Below are positions 58,958 to 64,000 of a stretch of DNA of 64,000 bases, piece by piece. The translations under genes were made by a program, and so were the position numbers. Positions within the stretch are counted from its first letter, which is position 1. Each line of letters begins with the position of its first letter. The notes below the pieces were generated by a model, which worked only from the letters and a program-made list of their open reading frames with translations, had not been told where the DNA came from and searched no databases. This DNA comes from a bacterium (GTDB lineage Bacteria; Zhuqueibacterota; Zhuqueibacteria; Residuimicrobiales; Krinioviventaceae), in contig CAXXMD010000002.1 of the NCBI GenBank assembly GCA_963675755.2, forward strand, positions 576,001 to 640,000, given 5' to 3'.

Positions 58958-60252
58958 TGAAAAAGGCGATTTTCTTTCTATTGTTAATTATCCAGCTTGC
59001 ACCTGTAGCATTTTCACAGGTGCAGCGGTTCCCCAAACCCGATTTTGAATCCGGATATGAACAACCTGTTCCAACCCAACCCACACCTCGGGCTGCAGTT
59101 TGGGATTATATCGATATACTCGTTTTAATCTCTGCCATGAGTTTAATTACCTGGTTTATTTTAAAAAAACGTTCCAGACGATCAGTCTTTTGGGTGATGA
59201 TTTTTTCGTTACTCTATTTTGGATTTTTCAAAAAAGGATGTGTCTGCTCCGTCGGTTCCGTGCAAAATATGGTTCTGGCTTTGTTTGATTCAGCTTATGC
59301 AATTCCCATTACTGTTGTGGCTTTTTTCTCCATTCCTTTGATATTTGCTTTGTTTTTTGGTCGTACTTTTTGTGCAGGCGTTTGCCCACTGGGCGCACTT
59401 CAGGATATTGTAGGATTAAAGCCCTTAAAAACACCAGCATGGTTGAATCAGGTGCTGGGTATTGTACCATACATTTATTTGGGTTTAGCTGTTCTGTTTG
59501 CTGCAACCGGTGCCGGATTTATTATATGCAGATACGATCCTTTTGTGGGGATATTTCGATTTGGAATGAATTCAAACATGTTTATCTGGGGCGTTATTGT
59601 ATTGGGTACAGGTGTTTTTATTGCCAGACCCTATTGTCGGTTTCTCTGTCCCTACAGTGTATTATTACGCTGGATGTCTTTATTATCAAGGCACCATTTA
59701 ACCATAACTCCCACAGAATGCATCAACTGCCATCTCTGCTCTGAATCCTGCCCATATGATGCTATTGCAGGACCTTCATCCGAAAAATATCCCGGCAATG
59801 TTACTACTGAAAAATGGAAACTGGGAGTTATGATCGTGGCAATTCCCATTGTAATGCTTATTAGCGGTTGGGCATTGTCTCAATTATCTGTAGCATTTTC
59901 CCGCTCACATTATGTTGTTAAAACAGCAGAGCAAATTCGTCTTGAAGATACAGGACAGGTAAATTACACAACAGATGCCAGCGAAGCATTTAGAGGTACC
60001 GGAGAACCTACAACCGGTTTATACGCTCGGGCGGCAAAGGTCCAGGAGCAATTCAAGCTTGGCACGTGGCTGTTGGGTGCTTTTTTAGCATTGGTAATAA
60101 TGATTAAAATAATCAATTTTTATATTTGGAAACATAGGGACGGATACACCCCCGACAAAGCATTTTGTGTAAGCTGCGCGCGTTGTGTGGATTACTGTCC
60201 TGTTGAACATGAGCGACTCGCAGAATTAAAAGGAGTAAATCTCATTGAGTAA
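58957..60252 (+). CDS. Polytopic membrane 4Fe-4S protein (NapH/MauN/NosR C-terminal-like)
   Basis: GRTFCAGVCPLG, RPYCRFLCPY, CINCHLCSESCP, CVSCARCVDYCP, and many TM helices. Confidence 0.88.
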   Translation: MKKAIFFLLLIIQLAPVAFSQVQRFPKPDFESGYEQPVPTQPTPRAAVWDYIDILVLISAMSLITWFILKKRSRRSVFWVMIFSLLYFGFFKKGCVCSVGSVQNMVLALFDSAYAIPITVVAFFSIPLIFALFFGRTFCAGVCPLGALQDIVGLKPLKTPAWLNQVLGIVPYIYLGLAVLFAATGAGFIICRYDPFVGIFRFGMNSNMFIWGVIVLGTGVFIARPYCRFLCPYSVLLRWMSLLSRHHLTITPTECINCHLCSESCPYDAIAGPSSEKYPGNVTTEKWKLGVMIVAIPIVMLISGWALSQLSVAFSRSHYVVKTAEQIRLEDTGQVNYTTDASEAFRGTGEPTTGLYARAAKVQEQFKLGTWLLGAFLALVIMIKIINFYIWKHRDGYTPDKAFCVSCARCVDYCPVEHERLAELKGVNLIE

Positions 60253-61927
60253 TCCGGAAACAAATAAAAAAATATATGCAATTTTGAATCGGACGATTTT
60301 AATCACATCCATTTTTCTGATTCTGGTTTCTGTCTTTTTTGTTACCAATTACCTTCAATTAAAATCCAATGATCCATTAAACAGTCCGGCTTTGGAGCAA
60401 TTATATAAAAATCTGGACAGTGATCCCAATAATGATATGCTAAGAGACCAGATTCGCTCATTGGATCTGTTGGCCAGAAAAGCCTATTTTACAAAGCAAT
60501 GGCAAATCAATACCGGTGGTGCATTATTATTTATTGCGATTATCATTCTGGTAATTGCATTTAAAATCAAAAGTAATTTAAGACAAAAGGATCCCGGATT
60601 AAACAAGCTTGAAGAAAACTGGGACGACCGCTTGATGACACGCAAGTGGTTATCTTTATCCGGAGTGATTTTGCTGAGTGTCACAATCCTTTTGGCAATT
60701 TTGACCAATCGTGAAATGGAATCCGCTTCCTTTATTGTAAAAAAACAAAAGGATTTACCAATACCCTCTGAAAATGAGGTGATGAAAAATTGGCCGGCTT
60801 TTCGTGGTCCTTTTAGTAATGCTATTGCGTATTATACCAATATACCTTTAACCTGGGATGGAGAAACCGGCGAAAATATACTATGGACGGTTGATGTACC
60901 TCGTATTGGTTTTAATTCTCCCATCCTTTGGGATGATCGACTCTATATGTCTGGTGCTGATGAAGAAGGACAAGAAGTTTTCTGTTTTAATGCAGACAAT
61001 GGTGAATTGATATGGCGAAAACCGGTAAGCAATGTACCGGGTACACCGGACGAATTACCGGATGTCACAGAAGATACCGGCTTTGCCGCACCTACCATGA
61101 CAACCGATGGGAATCATGTTTTTGCTATCTTTGCAACCGGTGATCTGGCATGTTTTGATATGGATGGAAACCAGGTTTGGGTCAAGAATATTGGTCATCC
61201 GGATAACCATTATGGGCATTCTTCTTCATTAATCATGTATGAAAATTTGCTACTTGTTCAGTTTGATCAGGCAGATGTTGCCTTTGTTACTGCACTGGAT
61301 GGAGCAACAGGAGAAGAAAAATGGAAAACCCCGCGCGATATGGGACTCTCCTGGTCGTCTCCTATTTTAGCCAAGGTAGATGATCAATGGCAATTTGTGG
61401 TAAACGCTACCCCCAATGTTGTTGGTTACAATCCTGAAACCGGTGAAGAGTTGTGGAGAATGGATTGCCTCAGCGGTGAAGTTGCTCCTTCATCCGCTTA
61501 TGCAGATGGATTTGTTTATGCGGCTAATGATAATGCAATACTGGCAGCAATTAAACTGGGTGATATACCCGAGCTTGCCTGGGAATATGAAGATGATTTA
61601 CCTGATGTTTGCAGTCTGGTAGCAAATAAAGATTATGTATTTATGCCGTCAAGTTGGGGAACGGTTACCTGCCTGGATGCCAAGACTGGTGAGCAATATT
61701 GGTTACAGGAATTTGATGATGGATTTTACTCGTCTCCGGTTATTGTGGGTGAATATGTAATGGCTATGGATCTGGAAGGAGTTACTCAAATATTTAAAGC
61801 GGATAAAGAATTTGAACTGGTTGCTTCCAATTCATTGGGAATGGTTGCAAACAGTACGCCTGTTATTGCAGATGGTCGTATTTATTTTCGAAGCACAGAA
61901 AAGCTGATATGTATAGGTGAAAAATAG
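60245..61927 (+). CDS. Multi-TM anchored PQQ-binding-like beta-propeller protein 4
   Basis: Three N-terminal hydrophobic segments, NWPAFRGP, repeated D..TG...W blades, very acidic propeller. Confidence 0.85.
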   Translation: MSNPETNKKIYAILNRTILITSIFLILVSVFFVTNYLQLKSNDPLNSPALEQLYKNLDSDPNNDMLRDQIRSLDLLARKAYFTKQWQINTGGALLFIAIIILVIAFKIKSNLRQKDPGLNKLEENWDDRLMTRKWLSLSGVILLSVTILLAILTNREMESASFIVKKQKDLPIPSENEVMKNWPAFRGPFSNAIAYYTNIPLTWDGETGENILWTVDVPRIGFNSPILWDDRLYMSGADEEGQEVFCFNADNGELIWRKPVSNVPGTPDELPDVTEDTGFAAPTMTTDGNHVFAIFATGDLACFDMDGNQVWVKNIGHPDNHYGHSSSLIMYENLLLVQFDQADVAFVTALDGATGEEKWKTPRDMGLSWSSPILAKVDDQWQFVVNATPNVVGYNPETGEELWRMDCLSGEVAPSSAYADGFVYAANDNAILAAIKLGDIPELAWEYEDDLPDVCSLVANKDYVFMPSSWGTVTCLDAKTGEQYWLQEFDDGFYSSPVIVGEYVMAMDLEGVTQIFKADKEFELVASNSLGMVANSTPVIADGRIYFRSTEKLICIGEK

Positions 61928-61929
61928 CA

Positions 61930-64000
61930 ATGACGCAGAAATTTAATATTAATGATATAGATTCTATTGTACATTCTATTGGTACCGGACAGGAAAATGT
62001 AATATCCATATTACAGGCTATCCAGAACCAATACAAATATTTACCCCAGGATGCATTAAAACGCGTATGTGAGATCAGTGATATAACTCCGGCATCCATT
62101 ACAGGTGTTTCTACTTTTTATTCTCAATTCAGACATACTCCCGTTGGTGAACACAGCATTCATGTTTGCGTTGGCACAGCCTGCCATGTTAAAGGAGCTG
62201 AACTTGTATATGATTCTTTTAAACGACATCTGGATATTACAGGTATCAACGACACTGACGCTCAAAAACAATTTACCGTACAAAAAGTAGCATGTCTGGG
62301 ATGCTGCACACTGGCGCCTGTTGTTCAAATAGATGATATTACTTATGGACATGTACAACCGGATAATATACCGGGAATCATCCAGGATTTTAAAAAATAT
62401 GCCGGTAAAAAAGTCAGACAAAAGATCCCCAAAAAATGGGAACATGACCATTATGGAGAAATTCGTTTGGGTTTGGGTTCATGCTGTATTGCAGGAGGAA
62501 GCGGCCAGGTACAGGAAGAATTACTGAAAACCCTGACTGATCAGCGCATTCCCATTGATGTAAAGCGTGTAGGTTGTGTGGGCATGTGTCATCAAACACC
62601 GTTGTTGGAAATTGATACACCGGGACACGATCCTATCATGTATACCAATGTACAGGCAGAAGATGTTAATGAGATTATTACGCGTCATTTTCGTCCCAAA
62701 GGAATCCATCTGGTAACTCAAAAAGTGGATGATTGGCTAAACAGTCTGATTACAGACAAGCATAATGTAAATATACCACATTATCCGGTTCATATGCGTG
62801 ATGAACCTATATCAACTTTTCTGGGACCACAGGTGCATATTGCTACAGAACATTCCGGTACTATTGATCCGGTTAGTCTGGAAGAATATGTTGAAAAAGG
62901 TGGATTTTCAGCGTTTGAAAAATGCATCAAATCTCAATCTCAGGATGAGATTATACAATCAGTCAAAACCAGTGGATTAAAAGGCAGGGGAGGCGCTGGC
63001 TTTCCAACCTGGAAAAAGTGGGACATTGTAAAAAATATTGAGCATAATGATAAAGTCGTAATCTGTAATGGAGATGAGGGTGATCCCGGGGCTTTTATGG
63101 ATCGAATGCTCCTGGAATCATATCCATTCCGCATTATAGAAGGTTTATCCATTGCCGCTTTTGCTGTAGGTGCTAAAACAGGATATCTGTATATCCGTGC
63201 AGAATATCCACTTGCAGTAAAACGAATCAAAGATGCGCTCCAAAAGTGTTATGATACAGGTTATCTGGGTGATAATATTCTGGATTCCGGTTTTTCACTG
63301 GATTTAAAAGTAAAAGAAGGTGCAGGTGCGTTTGTTTGTGGTGAAGAGACTGCACTTATTGCCTCTATTGAAGGCAAGCGGGGCATGCCGCGCATTCGAC
63401 CTCCATATCCGGCTGAAAAAGGATTATGGGAAAAACCCACGCTTGTAAATAACACGGAAACCATTTCACTTGTCCCATGGATTTTTAGAAATTCACCAGA
63501 AACCTTTGCCAGGTTGGGTACAGAATCCAGCAAGGGAACCAAGGTATTTGCGCTTGCCGGCAAAATTGCCAGAGGTGGCTTGATTGAAGTGCCTATGGGC
63601 ATCAGCATCCGTCAAATTGTAGAGGATATTGGCGGCGGTATTGCAAATGGAAAGAAATTCAAAGCTGTACAGATTGGTGGTCCTTCAGGTGGATGTGTAC
63701 CTGCAGAGTTGGCCCATATCGGCATCGATTTTGAGGAATTGGACCAGGTAGGTGCCATGATGGGATCAGGTGGTTTGCTGGTAATGGATGAAAATGACTG
63801 CATGGTGGACATTGCCCGGTATTTTCTCAGCTTTACCCAGGACCAATCCTGTGGTAAATGCACTTTTTGTCGTGTTGGAACCAAGCGAATGTTGGAAATA
63901 TTGGATAGAATTGTAGCTGGCAAAGGCAATATAAAAGATTTGGATGATCTGGAATACCTGGCCCATCAAACCAAAGCCGGCAGCTTGTGCGGCTTGGGTA
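61930..64000 (+). CDS. Fused NuoE-like [2Fe-2S] + thioredoxin-like [2Fe-2S] + NuoF/HydB-like FMN/NADH subunit (3'-truncated by the window edge)
   Basis: Manual translation from ATG 61930: CVGTACHVKG...CLGCC; GLGSCC...GCVGMC; GRGGAGFP, CNGDEGDPGAFMDR, GAFVCGEETAL, IGGPSGG, SCGKCTFCR, SLCGLG. Absent from the ORF track because it has no stop inside the window. Confidence 0.92.
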   Translation, partial: MTQKFNINDIDSIVHSIGTGQENVISILQAIQNQYKYLPQDALKRVCEISDITPASITGVSTFYSQFRHTPVGEHSIHVCVGTACHVKGAELVYDSFKRHLDITGINDTDAQKQFTVQKVACLGCCTLAPVVQIDDITYGHVQPDNIPGIIQDFKKYAGKKVRQKIPKKWEHDHYGEIRLGLGSCCIAGGSGQVQEELLKTLTDQRIPIDVKRVGCVGMCHQTPLLEIDTPGHDPIMYTNVQAEDVNEIITRHFRPKGIHLVTQKVDDWLNSLITDKHNVNIPHYPVHMRDEPISTFLGPQVHIATEHSGTIDPVSLEEYVEKGGFSAFEKCIKSQSQDEIIQSVKTSGLKGRGGAGFPTWKKWDIVKNIEHNDKVVICNGDEGDPGAFMDRMLLESYPFRIIEGLSIAAFAVGAKTGYLYIRAEYPLAVKRIKDALQKCYDTGYLGDNILDSGFSLDLKVKEGAGAFVCGEETALIASIEGKRGMPRIRPPYPAEKGLWEKPTLVNNTETISLVPWIFRNSPETFARLGTESSKGTKVFALAGKIARGGLIEVPMGISIRQIVEDIGGGIANGKKFKAVQIGGPSGGCVPAELAHIGIDFEELDQVGAMMGSGGLLVMDENDCMVDIARYFLSFTQDQSCGKCTFCRVGTKRMLEILDRIVAGKGNIKDLDDLEYLAHQTKAGSLCGLG

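Noticed and set aside
53250-61927. Calling the propellers BamB or bona fide PQQ dehydrogenases
   Set aside because: No lipobox or bam/der context, no recognisable quinoprotein catalytic motifs, and no pqq biosynthesis genes in the window; only the fold is supported.
62056-63969. Several short ORFs listed in the track at the right end
   Set aside because: All overlap the long plus-strand NuoE/F fusion frame starting at 61930, which explains the region.
1-64000. tRNA, rRNA, CRISPR arrays, IS elements, selenocysteine or frameshift recoding
   Set aside because: None recognised by eye. Intergenic gaps are short and the ORFs appear intact. A covariance-model scan would be needed to exclude small ncRNAs.

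Overview
AT-rich (roughly 35% GC by eye) bacterial chromosomal segment. Gene content resembles an anaerobic FCB-group lineage such as KSB1 or Calditrichota, but that taxonomy is inference only. No rRNA, tRNA, CRISPR array or mobile element was recognised. Contents in order: the 3' part of a highly repetitive multiheme cytochrome c; a minus-strand block (GNAT, tal, REC-HDOD, CPBP protease, pirin, sulfatase, 2-oxoacid:ferredoxin oxidoreductase with two flavoproteins); mixed genes; a large eukaryote/archaea-type DNA topoisomerase IB; a Crp + CYTH pair, prs, HAD, DegT and queD; a complete shikimate/tyrosine operon preceded by an unannotated Phe/Tyr-rich leader peptide and attenuator; polX, mltG, pcrA, a giant TPR protein, nadC, an atypical clpX, uvrC and argGH; and, running off the right edge, a tightly packed operon of four PQQ-like beta-propellers, an NHL propeller, a Tat-signal polyferredoxin, a membrane Fe-S protein and a fused NuoE/NuoF (HydC/HydB-like) flavoprotein. 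The strongest candidates for novelty are the propeller/Fe-S/flavoprotein operon, the eukaryote-like TopIB, the dual Phe/Tyr attenuator and the modular cytochrome.
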